Part shown: positions 18,583-27,248 of the stretch, piece after piece
Layout: the number at the start of each line of letters is the position of its first letter
Position numbering within the stretch: position 1 is the first letter of the stretch
NCBI GenBank assembly: GCA_035548815.1
Contig: DASZSF010000005.1
Span: 115,741-179,740, forward strand
Source of the DNA: Minisyncoccota bacterium
GTDB lineage: Bacteria; Patescibacteriota; Minisyncoccia; Phycocordibacterales; SBAW01
Reading direction: 5' to 3'
Length of the DNA stretch: 64,000 nt
The notes under the pieces: generated by a model
Told to the model about the DNA's origin: nothing
Databases searched by the model: none
The model's input: the letters and a program-made list of their open reading frames with translations, nothing else
Position numbers and translations under genes: made by a program

Positions 18583-19254
18583 CTATATCGCTGCCTCTAT
18601 GTCGCGGGCGGCTTTCGCGGTATCTGCTTCAAGTCCCAATTCTTTATTTTCAACAAGTATGTGCTTGATGCCGGCAAGCTCTAGTTCGTGGCGTATCTGC
18701 TCGGCAACCCGGCGGCTGTTAACGGTCGGTTCGCGAACGATAACTGCCAAGTCCACGCCTGCCAGAATGCCGGTTGCGACAGGATCGGTGCCCGCGCGTT
18801 CGTCTACTATCACAGCTTCGTTTGATTTGAGCTTTAAGAGAGGCAAGTACACCTTGAGCGGCGCAGCCAGCGAATGACTGCATGCCTCTTGGCTGCGAAC
18901 GCGCTGTGTATGAGGCCCGGCGGTCATAATACGTAGACCGCTGTCCACTTCGACAGATATTTGTGCAGTATATGAGTCCGCAGGGAATATGCTGAACAAG
19001 ATGCCGGCTTCGGTGCCTGTGCGCAATGCATCAGCGTACGTTCCTTCGCGCAGAGCGCCAACATGTTCTTTTATTGCATCCGGATCACGGCCTATATACA
19101 CCGAAGGCTCGATTCCGAGACTGTATGTAAGGTCCATATTATGGTCGGCGTCTATCGCAAGAACGCGCATGCCTAGCCCCTGCAAATGCCGCACCATAGC
19201 TGTTGCCATCGTACTTTTGCCCGATCCTCCTTTTCCCAAAAATGCCAATTTCAT
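18583..19254 (-). CDS. CooC/MinD-like P-loop ATPase (CO-dehydrogenase nickel-insertion accessory family)
   Basis: deviant Walker A LGKGGSGKST, AIDADHNMDL, MinD/ParA fold length. Confidence 0.75.
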   Translation of the reverse strand: MKLAFLGKGGSGKSTMATAMVRHLQGLGMRVLAIDADHNMDLTYSLGIEPSVYIGRDPDAIKEHVGALREGTYADALRTGTEAGILFSIFPADSYTAQISVEVDSGLRIMTAGPHTQRVRSQEACSHSLAAPLKVYLPLLKLKSNEAVIVDERAGTDPVATGILAGVDLAVIVREPTVNSRRVAEQIRHELELAGIKHILVENKELGLEADTAKAARDIEAAI

Positions 19255-19334
19255 AAATGCAAATCACTTGCGTTTGTATACTACCTGAGCATCAAACTTA
19301 TTGCAAGTTTATTGCGTTTGTATATACTTGAGGC
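19255..19334. promoter_or_regulatory. divergent promoter region with 13-bp direct repeat TTGCGTTTGTATA x2 and palindromic cores
   Basis: copies at 19267-19279 and 19310-19322; GTATAC / GTATATAC palindromes; candidate Zur operator and promoter (-35 TTGCAA 19299, -10 TATACT 19321). Confidence 0.35.
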
Positions 19335-19664
19335 GTGGATGATTTTGCAGCAAAACTGCGCGCAGCGGGATTTCGGGCCACGCCTGGTCGCGTCAGGCTC
19401 TTGGAAGTGCTGTGGAGAGCGAGCGGTCCTTTAACTGTCGATGAAATAGGACGGAAGTTAGATCTGAATGTGGTCACCGTCTATCGAGCACTACACGATC
19501 TGTCTGGTAAGGGGTTGGTATTGCGGGGTATAGGAGCTGCTGGGGTTGAGGGGGATATGCGGGGCGACATACGTGCAGCGCATTTTTCTTATCCGAAAGC
19601 GACGCATCACCATCACATGGTCTGTAGCGACTGTGGCTTTAGCAGGGGATGTGCGACATGCTAA
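19335..19664 (+). CDS. Fur-family metalloregulator (Zur-like), short form
   Basis: RATPGRVRLLEVL...PLTVDEI...VTVYRALHDLSGKGLV DNA-binding domain; HHHHMVCSDCG metal site. Confidence 0.8.
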   Translation: MDDFAAKLRAAGFRATPGRVRLLEVLWRASGPLTVDEIGRKLDLNVVTVYRALHDLSGKGLVLRGIGAAGVEGDMRGDIRAAHFSYPKATHHHHMVCSDCGFSRGCATC

Positions 19665-19674
19665 TAAAAATCTT

Positions 19675-20406
19675 ATGATACTTACGTTACTTGCAGCAGC
19701 AGCATTTGCAGCCACCATGATAGGAGGCAGCGTTGCACTTAAGCTCCGCGACCGTCTGCATCTCATTCTTGGATTTAGCGCAGGCGCGGTGATCGCAGTG
19801 GCTTTTTTTGATCTGTTGCCTGAATCGCTCGAGCTTGCTGGCGAGAGATATGCTACTTCAGCCATTACTGCATTCGTGGCGCTTGGATTTTTGCTCTATC
19901 TCTTACTCGACCGCTTACTTGTGCTTCATGGTCATGGGCATTCCGATGATGTTCAAGAAGAGCATGGCTCGCATCATCGTGGGCATGTGCGTGCCGGTTC
20001 ACTTTCAATACATAGTTTTCTTGACGGCGTTGGCATAGGTTTGGCATTTCAGGTCTCTCCGACTGTGGGGCTTATTGTTGCGGCCGCTGTGTTAGCCCAT
20101 GATTTCTCTGATGGCATTAATACCGTCAATGTAGTGGTGCGTCATGGGGGTACGCGTACGCAAGCCATGCGCTGGTTGCTTGCCGATGCGGTAGCTCCTG
20201 TCATCGGCATAATAACCGCATCATTTTTTGTAGTGCCTGCGGCAATCCTCGGGCTTTTGCTCGCACTTTTCTGTGGATTTTTTCTCTATATAGGCGCATC
20301 TGACCTTATACCAGAAAGCCACCATGTGCATCCGACATTTTGGACGACATTTATGACACTTGTCGGCGCGGCAGTGCTCTTCGTTGCTATATCAGTAGCA
20401 GGGTAG
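19675..20406 (+). CDS. zupT: ZIP-family zinc transporter (ZupT-like)
   Basis: HSFLDGVGIGLAF...AVLAHDFSDGINT signature; His-rich loop HGHGHSDDVQEEHGSHHRGH; ATG at 19675, 10 nt after zur stop. Confidence 0.85.
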   Translation: MILTLLAAAAFAATMIGGSVALKLRDRLHLILGFSAGAVIAVAFFDLLPESLELAGERYATSAITAFVALGFLLYLLLDRLLVLHGHGHSDDVQEEHGSHHRGHVRAGSLSIHSFLDGVGIGLAFQVSPTVGLIVAAAVLAHDFSDGINTVNVVVRHGGTRTQAMRWLLADAVAPVIGIITASFFVVPAAILGLLLALFCGFFLYIGASDLIPESHHVHPTFWTTFMTLVGAAVLFVAISVAG

Positions 20407-20427
20407 AGGCCGTGCTAAAGTAAAGAC

Positions 20428-20628
20428 ATGAACGAACAGCTTGACCGATTAGAAATGAAGCTCGCAGAACTTGAAGGGAAGGTTGATACTGTTTTTGCCT
20501 CGGTCGAAAAGATGCGGAAGTACACGATGTGGACAGGCATCATCACTGTCGCTGTCATTGTCATTCCACTCTTGCTTTTGCCGCTCTTTGTTCCGTCTTT
20601 TTTGGCCTCGCAAGGTCTAGGTTTGTAA
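20428..20628 (+). CDS. small membrane protein (hypothetical)
   Basis: 66 aa, coiled-coil then TM. Confidence 0.3.
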   Translation: MNEQLDRLEMKLAELEGKVDTVFASVEKMRKYTMWTGIITVAVIVIPLLLLPLFVPSFLASQGLGL

Positions 20629-20726
20629 GTACTTGCGTTTATTTTAATAAGTGGTATGGTAGCTCGGAGCTTCATTTGAAGCTCATGTTTGTTTGTGCAC
20701 TATTAGTCAGAAAACCCTTATTTTAT

Positions 20727-21764
20727 ATGACATTTCGCCGCATAGCTGCGCTCATCATCGCTCCTGCACTCGTAGTAGGGCTTCCTTTGTTTGCATTGGC
20801 ACAGAACGCCCCATACTCGCAGGTCATTATTTCCACACAGACTATCCCGGGAACTCCGGCACCGTCCATCGCGCCGATTGTCTACGTCAACGCGACGACT
20901 CCTTCAATGGCGGGAATACCGAATGTAAACAATTCGACCATCAGCTATGCGTCGGCATTTAACAACGATGTTCGTACAGTAACCTTCACTCCGGGCAGCT
21001 ACAATGTCGTTGCAACGGTTCCTGCGGGATACTACGCAAGCTACTCTCCAGACTGCACTGGCTTTACGCCGCTTTCAGGTGCTATCCGCAGCTGCACCAT
21101 ATTGCTTTCAAATGTCCCTCCGCAGACTGGTCCTGCATGCCCTCAGGGTTGGGTAAGCAACGGCAGTTTCTGCGTACAGCAAAATGTCCAGTACCAGGGC
21201 TCGACAGCTCCTTCGACCTTGAGCTGCGCACCAAGCTACCAGAGCATCGGCGCAGGACAGGCTGCTACCTTTACCGCAACTGGCGGCACGGGTTCGTATA
21301 ACTGGACGACTGCAACCCGCACGAGCTTAAACGTCGGCCCTTCATACACGACTGTCTTCCAGACTAGTGGGCCGCAGACGGTGATTGTTTCGAGCGGCAC
21401 TCAGACTGCAAACTGCACCATCACTGTTGGTTCAGTAAATGGTCCGATAACCTACTCTGGCTCGGGCACATACACGGGCGGCAACACGTACACGTACGCA
21501 AATGGCAATGGCAGCTACACCTACACGAGCGTTGCTCCTACCAACACAACTGTTGCTACGAACTACACGGGCCCAGTTGTTACCTACACGACTGTTTCGA
21601 ACAACCCTTCAGTAACTGCAAGCTACGTTCCTGCATCATTGCCGAACACTGGCTTTGAACCGCAAAACGGCGCTGCGCTTGCCCTTGCCCTTGTCTTCCT
21701 TATCGGTGCTTCTATCTTCGCTGCTCCGTATGTCCGACAAGCATTTGCTGTTGCCCTCCGCTAA
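20727..21764 (+). CDS. LPNTG-anchored surface protein (sortase substrate)
   Basis: signal peptide MTFRRIAALIIAPALVVGLPLFALAQ; Ig-like Thr/Ser-rich body; C-terminal LPNTG + hydrophobic + RQ. Confidence 0.7.
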   Translation: MTFRRIAALIIAPALVVGLPLFALAQNAPYSQVIISTQTIPGTPAPSIAPIVYVNATTPSMAGIPNVNNSTISYASAFNNDVRTVTFTPGSYNVVATVPAGYYASYSPDCTGFTPLSGAIRSCTILLSNVPPQTGPACPQGWVSNGSFCVQQNVQYQGSTAPSTLSCAPSYQSIGAGQAATFTATGGTGSYNWTTATRTSLNVGPSYTTVFQTSGPQTVIVSSGTQTANCTITVGSVNGPITYSGSGTYTGGNTYTYANGNGSYTYTSVAPTNTTVATNYTGPVVTYTTVSNNPSVTASYVPASLPNTGFEPQNGAALALALVFLIGASIFAAPYVRQAFAVALR

Positions 21765-21765
21765 G

Positions 21766-22428
21766 ATGGGCGTTCCTGTTACATCAACAACGCGCCGTGT
21801 GGGCGAATGGATTTTCATCGCGCTCGGTGCTGCAGCCGTACTCTATGGTCTCGTGAATGTGTTGTCTCGTATTTCAGATCGCCTTGATCTTGATTCAAGT
21901 GTCGTACAAACAGCCTTTGCGCCGCTTGGCACCCTGGGTACGAACTCGATATTGCCGCAAACTGCCACCAGCACGACGCCTATCATTCCGACGCGCATCG
22001 TTATTTCTTCGATCGGTGTAAATGCCGCAGTTGAACGCGTGGGTAAAAAGGCCGATGGCTCGATGGCAACCCCGTCGTCGTTTGAGACGACGGGTTGGTA
22101 TGAACTTGGAGCTAAGCCTGGTGAAGCAGGGAATGCAGTCATCGACGGCCACGTCAACAACGCACTCACGAAAGCGGGTGTGTTTGAACATCTCTCTGAC
22201 GTAAAAATAGGGGACACTATTGCCGTATCTGATGCGAGCGGCCGCACTCTTACCTTCGTGGTTTCTGAAACCGACCAATACAATACTGAAAGCGCTCCTG
22301 CGGCAGAGATCTTTACTGCCTCGGGCACATCACAGCTTGTGCTCATTACCTGCGACGGCCAGTGGGATGCCGCTGCGCACTCCTACGACAAGCGCTTTGT
22401 CGTCTACGCAAAGCTGACAACCCGGTAG
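21766..22428 (+). CDS. sortase family transpeptidase (second copy)
   Basis: TM anchor, HVNN... LVLITCDGQW ... R; paralogous to 4073..4672. Confidence 0.8.
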   Translation: MGVPVTSTTRRVGEWIFIALGAAAVLYGLVNVLSRISDRLDLDSSVVQTAFAPLGTLGTNSILPQTATSTTPIIPTRIVISSIGVNAAVERVGKKADGSMATPSSFETTGWYELGAKPGEAGNAVIDGHVNNALTKAGVFEHLSDVKIGDTIAVSDASGRTLTFVVSETDQYNTESAPAAEIFTASGTSQLVLITCDGQWDAAAHSYDKRFVVYAKLTTR

Positions 22429-22561
22429 CCCGGGCCTTACTTGCATTTTCATACGGGAAATGCTCTACTGAGGGCGTTCGAGTAAGTTCTCCATGTGCCA
22501 TTAGGCGTCAGGAGGGTCGCCTTACGAAGGACAGTATTAACCAACTCGTTTTTCGCACACT

Positions 22562-22813
22562 ATGGCACGCAAATTGTTCGTCGGTGGCCTTCCGTACCGC
22601 ACTACGGGGGATGAGCTCCGTGACGCGTTCGCACAGGCAGGCGAAGTCGTTTCAGCATCGATTGTCACCGATCGCGAAACCGGCCGCTCACGCGGTTTCG
22701 GCTTCGTCGAAATGGCAGATGAATCTGCTGATGCAGCTATTTCTATGTGGAATGGCAAGGACTTCGGTGGCCGCATGCTTACCGTCTCCGACGCACGCCC
22801 TAAGGCTCAGTAA
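22562..22813 (+). CDS. RRM (RNP-1) RNA-binding protein
   Basis: KLFVGGLPY (RNP-2) and RGFGFVEM (RNP-1). Confidence 0.88.
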   Translation: MARKLFVGGLPYRTTGDELRDAFAQAGEVVSASIVTDRETGRSRGFGFVEMADESADAAISMWNGKDFGGRMLTVSDARPKAQ

Positions 22814-22837
22814 GACCTATTGAGTCTCGCAAAAACT

Positions 22838-22861
22838 CCGCCCCAGAAGGGCGGTTTTTTT
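22838..22861 (+). terminator. rho-independent terminator
   Basis: CCGCCC-CAGAA-GGGCGG + TTTTTTT. Confidence 0.65.
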
Positions 22862-22923
22862 GTTACCGCTTTTTCTTTTGGTTTGTTTTGTGTACGATTC
22901 CTTACAGACGCTGTTTGTATAAC

Positions 22924-22951
22924 GCCCGATACTCTCGGGCCTTTTTCTTTT
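22924..22951 (+). terminator. rho-independent terminator (second in tandem)
   Basis: GCCCGA-TACTC-TCGGGC + CTTTTTCTTTT. Confidence 0.55.
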
Positions 22952-23033
22952 ATTTTATCGAAATTTTATGATTATTTCAGTAGGTAATTTGCTATTGTAA
23001 GAATGCTCACAGATACCGCTGTGAATTAAGCAA

Positions 23034-23102
23034 GCCAGCAGTACGGTTACAGTAGTAGGATCGGTAACCTAACTACTAAGGGTTCGACTCCCTTTGCTGG
23101 CT
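23034..23102 (+). ncRNA. tRNA-like element: 7-bp acceptor stem and canonical T-arm but non-canonical D/anticodon core; not called as a tRNA
   Basis: GCCAGCA...AAGGG-TTCGACT-CCCTT-TGCTGGC; core replaced by 25-nt hairpin; flanked by imperfect 25-bp inverted repeats 23045-23069 / 23151-23175. Confidence 0.3.
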
Positions 23103-23181
23103 GTAGGAATCTACTTGACTCAATTAGGCTTTGATATATACTAATTTCGAGGTTACCGATTCTACTGTTGTAAACAAAAGT

Positions 23182-23203
23182 CCCGCTTCGGCGGGATTTT
23201 TGT
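23182..23203 (+). terminator. rho-independent terminator
   Basis: CCCGC-TTCG-GCGGG + ATTTTTGTT. Confidence 0.6.
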
Positions 23204-23215
23204 TACCATAGTCTC

Positions 23216-23938
23216 GTGTTACGAGAGCTTAAAAGCTTCTACAAAAAATCCGGCCGCGCGCATTTGCCGTGGAGGAAAACAAAAGATCCGTACAAAATTT
23301 TGGTGTCTGAATTGATGCTCCAGCAGACGCAAGTTGCGCGGGTCATTCCAAAATACACGGCATTTCTAAAAAAGTTCCCAACCTGGAAAGCGCTTGCGAG
23401 CGCCCCACTGTCGGATGTGCTAAAGGAATGGCAGGGCCTAGGCTACAACCGCCGTGCAAAATTCTTGCAGCAAACGGCAAAAATAGTAACAGAAAAATAC
23501 AAAGGGAAGTTTCCAAAACAGGCGAGCGAGATAGAAGAACTGCCTGGCATTGGGCCTTACACCGCTCGCGCCGTCGCAACCTTTGCATTTAACAGCCCCG
23601 AGATATTCATCGAAACCAACATTCGTACCGTCTTTACCCATCACTTTTTTAATGGACGAGGACAGTCCTCGTCAGTGCACGACAAAGAGATTTTGCCGCT
23701 TATTGAGAGGGAATTGAACAAGTCCAAGATGGAGCCGCGAGATTTTTATGCTGCACTCATGGATTACGGCTCGCACTTGAAAGCGAACGGCATTCGGATA
23801 AATAACAAAAGCAAACACTATACCAAACAGTCAAAGTTCGAAGGCTCCCTGCGCCAAAAACGCGCGGCGGCTCTCCGTGTCGCCCTTGCAAAAGGTGTAT
23901 CCGAAGCCGAACTTCTCAAACTCCTAAATACCAAGTAA
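23216..23938 (+). CDS. HhH-GPD base-excision DNA glycosylase (MutY/Nth-like) lacking the 4Fe-4S Cys cluster
   Basis: LPWRKTKDPYKILVSELMLQQTQV, HhH ELPGIGPYTARAV; no C-terminal Cys motif. Confidence 0.75.
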   Translation: MLRELKSFYKKSGRAHLPWRKTKDPYKILVSELMLQQTQVARVIPKYTAFLKKFPTWKALASAPLSDVLKEWQGLGYNRRAKFLQQTAKIVTEKYKGKFPKQASEIEELPGIGPYTARAVATFAFNSPEIFIETNIRTVFTHHFFNGRGQSSSVHDKEILPLIERELNKSKMEPRDFYAALMDYGSHLKANGIRINNKSKHYTKQSKFEGSLRQKRAAALRVALAKGVSEAELLKLLNTK

Positions 23939-24065
23939 TTATACGGGAGGACTCTCCTCCGTATATTTGCAATTGATATTTTTCTGTTACGTTGTATAGT
24001 TGCAATGGCAATAACCTAGGCTCTTTAACAAGTGTTTGTAGAGAGCCGCAACCCGGAGGCAGCAC

Positions 24066-24905
24066 ATGCTGCTCGTTCGCACGGACATCGTCCGCATCCT
24101 CGCCTATATGGTCGGCTTCGCCGTGGGCGCCAAGCTTTCCGAGCTCTTCACCACGAACTTCCAGTGGTGGGCCGCGTGTATCGGCGCCGCCGTGGGTGGC
24201 GCTGTCGCCTACATCGCGTATGACCTGCGCGAAGTCCGCGACGGCCTGCTGCACGCGTACAGGCGCACCATCAACTGGACGCCGTATCGGCCGTACTGGA
24301 GGGCAGTCTTCGCCATGTGCGGAGGTTTTCTGTCCCTCATTTACACTGTGCTGACGGGCGTCATGATTCTGTTCGTCCCTGAGTTCATGCCACTTGGACA
24401 CATGGCCTGGTTCGGTCTCGCCATGTTCGTCTTCGCCACTGTTTTCGGAATCAGTATGGGATTCCTAGTGGTTCGCGATACGAAGCACGATGTTGGCTAC
24501 GTGGAGCATGGCTACTTCCGTCTGTGCAAGCTGGAGAGTGATGGTGTCGAGCTCAGGCGTACCGTTAATCCTGTGACGGCGGTCAGGTTCCTTCTGTCGC
24601 TCCTGAAGATCGTCGTCGTGGAAGCGCCGGGCCTCATCTGGTTCTTCGTGACCGGGACAGCGGGCCGTATGGCGCGCGGCGCTCGCGCAATCGCGCGCTT
24701 CGCCGTCGAGTTCATCGCCTACATCCACTCGAAGAACCGCGCGATCTGCGCGATGGACGTCATGTTCGGCGTCCTCGTCGGCGCTGCTCTGAGCTACACC
24801 TGGCTGGCGTTCGGCGTCGGCCTGCTCGTTGGGCTCGGCTTCGGCATCGTCCACGAACGGTACCTGGCGCCCAAGCTGCTGGCCTGGGCGACGGCGCGCC
24901 GTTAG
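24066..24905 (+). CDS. hypothetical polytopic membrane protein, high-GC foreign-looking gene
   Basis: about 63% GC; 6-8 TM; no family recognised. Confidence 0.5.
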   Translation: MLLVRTDIVRILAYMVGFAVGAKLSELFTTNFQWWAACIGAAVGGAVAYIAYDLREVRDGLLHAYRRTINWTPYRPYWRAVFAMCGGFLSLIYTVLTGVMILFVPEFMPLGHMAWFGLAMFVFATVFGISMGFLVVRDTKHDVGYVEHGYFRLCKLESDGVELRRTVNPVTAVRFLLSLLKIVVVEAPGLIWFFVTGTAGRMARGARAIARFAVEFIAYIHSKNRAICAMDVMFGVLVGAALSYTWLAFGVGLLVGLGFGIVHERYLAPKLLAWATARR

Positions 24906-24928
24906 TCGGCGGCTTCTGCAAACGCGAA

Positions 24929-24959
24929 GGCCCGGAGAAATCCCGGGCCTTTTTCTTTT
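24929..24959 (+). terminator. rho-independent terminator
   Basis: GGCCCGG-AGAAAT-CCGGGCC + TTTTTCTTTT. Confidence 0.6.
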
Positions 24960-25028
24960 CTTTATTTTTATTTATATCGAGGACGGGTCCTTGATAAACC
25001 TCGAAAAAGAAAACGCCTCCGACTTTCG

Positions 25029-25292
25029 TCAGGGCGTTTGTGTCTGGTCAGCGTAGAGGACGTCCATTTGGACACGGCCGACGTCGACCTGGTTAGTCAC
25101 TTTTGTCGAAATGCGGCCGATTTCCTCCATGGTCATCCCATCGGGAAATTTGATGAAAACGCACGTGAAGTGCTTGCGCGCGTCTCCCATTGTGGCGACT
25201 GCTTTTGGCCCCAGGCCGGTAACAGTACAGCCATAGGGCTCGACTACTGCAGTGACCGCGTCCCACAACTCTTTGTCGTCGGTTTCTCCCAT
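25029..25292 (-). CDS. hypothetical small protein downstream of rnj
   Basis: 87 aa, no family recognised. Confidence 0.4.
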   Translation of the reverse strand: MGETDDKELWDAVTAVVEPYGCTVTGLGPKAVATMGDARKHFTCVFIKFPDGMTMEEIGRISTKVTNQVDVGRVQMDVLYADQTQTP

Positions 25293-25334
25293 CGACAGAA
25301 GCCCTCCTTAGCTTCTACTTGGACTATAGCAACG

Positions 25335-27209
25335 CTATACTCCGAGGACAACGGGGATAACGATTGGGCGTTTGTTTGTCTTTTCGAAGAGGAAGCGGGC
25401 GACGGCGTCGGTGACGTTGTTTTTAACGTAGTCGAAGTTGATAGGCTGCATGCCGCGGGTCGTGTCTTCGATGGTCTTTTTAACAATGAGGCGCGTTTGC
25501 GAAAGCAATTCCTGATTTTCGCGCAAATAGACGAAACCACGCGAGATGATGTCCGGACTCTTGCGCAGGCGGCCGTTTTTCGGGTTGACCGTCGCAATAA
25601 TGACGAACATGCCTTCCTGTGCGAGCACGCTTCTGTCGCGAATGACCACCTCTTGGATGTCGCCGATAGAAAAGCCATCTACCAAACGCAGGCTGTTAGG
25701 GGCATGCTCTTTGAGTCGAGTGATGGTCTGGCCCTCATCGCGGATTTCAATGACGGTGCCATTGTCTGGAATGATGACGTCTTCTTCGCGGCGGCCGCAG
25801 GCTTTCGCGATTTCACCATGCGTGCGGAGCATGTAGTGATAGCCGTGCATTGGCATAAAGAAGCGCGGGTTGACATGCATGTGGATCCACACAAGCTCAT
25901 CCCGGTTTGCGTGGCCCGATGCATGGATGTCCATCGTTTTGCGGTGGATTATCTTAGCGCCTTGGCGCGAAATGTTGTCTTTGAGTTTTTGCACCGAGCG
26001 TTCGTTGCCCGGGATGACCGACGAGGAAAGCAGCACGATGTCGGTCGGTTTTATCTTGATGTATTTGTGCGTCTTCATCGCTATGCGCATGAGCGCGGCG
26101 AATTCGTCACCCTGTGCGCCCGTCGCCAAAACAATAATCTTGCTGTCAGGGAGACTTTCAAGTTCTTGCGGACCGATGAAGGTCTTTTCCGGCAGTTTGA
26201 GCATGCCGAGCTGTTTGACGATGTCGATGTTGACCTTCATTGAGCGCCCTTCGACAAGCACGTGCTTGCCGGCGTTGGCTGCAGTTTCGATGATATGGAT
26301 GAGACGCTCAAGCTGTGACGAGAAGGTGCCAATGATAAGGCGGCCTTTGGTCGACGTGATGACCTCTTCCATGTTCTTGCGAACGGTGCGTTCTGGAAGT
26401 GAGAATCCAGGCTCTTCGCAGTTAGTCGAGTCTGCCATGAGCATCAAGACGTTCATGTCTTTGAAAATTGCCCACTCCTTTTCTTCCGTCTCGGTCGGAA
26501 CGCCGTTGATGTGGTCGAGTTTCAAGTCGCCGGTTGCAACGATGTTGCCGTGCGGGGTTTCGATGATGATACCCATCGAGTCGGGGATGGTGTGCGTCAC
26601 AGAGAAGAAGCGCACTTTTATTTTGCCTGCGCGGACGGTCTCATTCTTTTCAACCTCGTGCATGGTCAAAGGCTTCAGGTTAGGAAATTCCTCCTGGCGC
26701 TTCTTGATCATTATTGATGTTAAAAGGCGTGTGTATACAGGCGGGTAGCCGATACGGTCGATGATATAGGGGATGCCGCCGATGTGATCGAGGTGGCCGT
26801 GGGTGATGAACATGCCGCGGATTTTGTCGCGACGTTCTTCGAGGTAGCGCGTGTTAGGCAAGATGTAGTCGATGCCCGGGGTATCGTCTTCTCGGAATTG
26901 GAAACCGCAGTCGATGATCAAAATGTCATCGCCGTATTCAACGGCCGTCATGTTGCGGCCGATTTCCTCGACGCCGCCAAGCGGAATGATGCGGATATTG
27001 CCTGCTTCAAGCTGTGGAACTGGCTTTTCGTCGCCATTGCCTGCAGTTTGCGGCTCACCATCTTTTATTTCGCGTACCGGGTGAGGTTGATGAGGTTTTG
27101 GACCGCCGCGTCGGTTAAAGTCGTTGCGTCGGCCTCTGTTACGGCCTGCGCCTCTTGCGTGATTTCTTCCCTCGCCGTGCCCCGCTTTGCGGGGTTTCTT
27201 TTCTTCCAT
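25335..27209 (-). CDS. rnj: ribonuclease J (metallo-beta-lactamase/beta-CASP) with N-terminal Arg/Gly-rich extension
   Basis: ITHGHLDHIGG motif, beta-CASP and C-terminal domain order; 80-aa RG-rich N-terminus. Confidence 0.92.
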   Translation of the reverse strand: MEEKKPRKAGHGEGRNHARGAGRNRGRRNDFNRRGGPKPHQPHPVREIKDGEPQTAGNGDEKPVPQLEAGNIRIIPLGGVEEIGRNMTAVEYGDDILIIDCGFQFREDDTPGIDYILPNTRYLEERRDKIRGMFITHGHLDHIGGIPYIIDRIGYPPVYTRLLTSIMIKKRQEEFPNLKPLTMHEVEKNETVRAGKIKVRFFSVTHTIPDSMGIIIETPHGNIVATGDLKLDHINGVPTETEEKEWAIFKDMNVLMLMADSTNCEEPGFSLPERTVRKNMEEVITSTKGRLIIGTFSSQLERLIHIIETAANAGKHVLVEGRSMKVNIDIVKQLGMLKLPEKTFIGPQELESLPDSKIIVLATGAQGDEFAALMRIAMKTHKYIKIKPTDIVLLSSSVIPGNERSVQKLKDNISRQGAKIIHRKTMDIHASGHANRDELVWIHMHVNPRFFMPMHGYHYMLRTHGEIAKACGRREEDVIIPDNGTVIEIRDEGQTITRLKEHAPNSLRLVDGFSIGDIQEVVIRDRSVLAQEGMFVIIATVNPKNGRLRKSPDIISRGFVYLRENQELLSQTRLIVKKTIEDTTRGMQPINFDYVKNNVTDAVARFLFEKTNKRPIVIPVVLGV

Positions 27210-27248
27210 GAATCTGGTGAATCTATCTTCTAATGAATAAAATATTTT

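Noticed and set aside
23034-23102. Calling the tRNA-like element a functional tRNA gene
   Set aside because: No D-arm can be formed and the anticodon region is a 25-nt hairpin. Reported as a tRNA-like ncRNA candidate only.
25870-26748. 292-aa plus-strand ORF opposite RNase J
   Set aside because: Antisense to the well-supported rnj gene; hydrophobic, Ser/Met-rich artefact.
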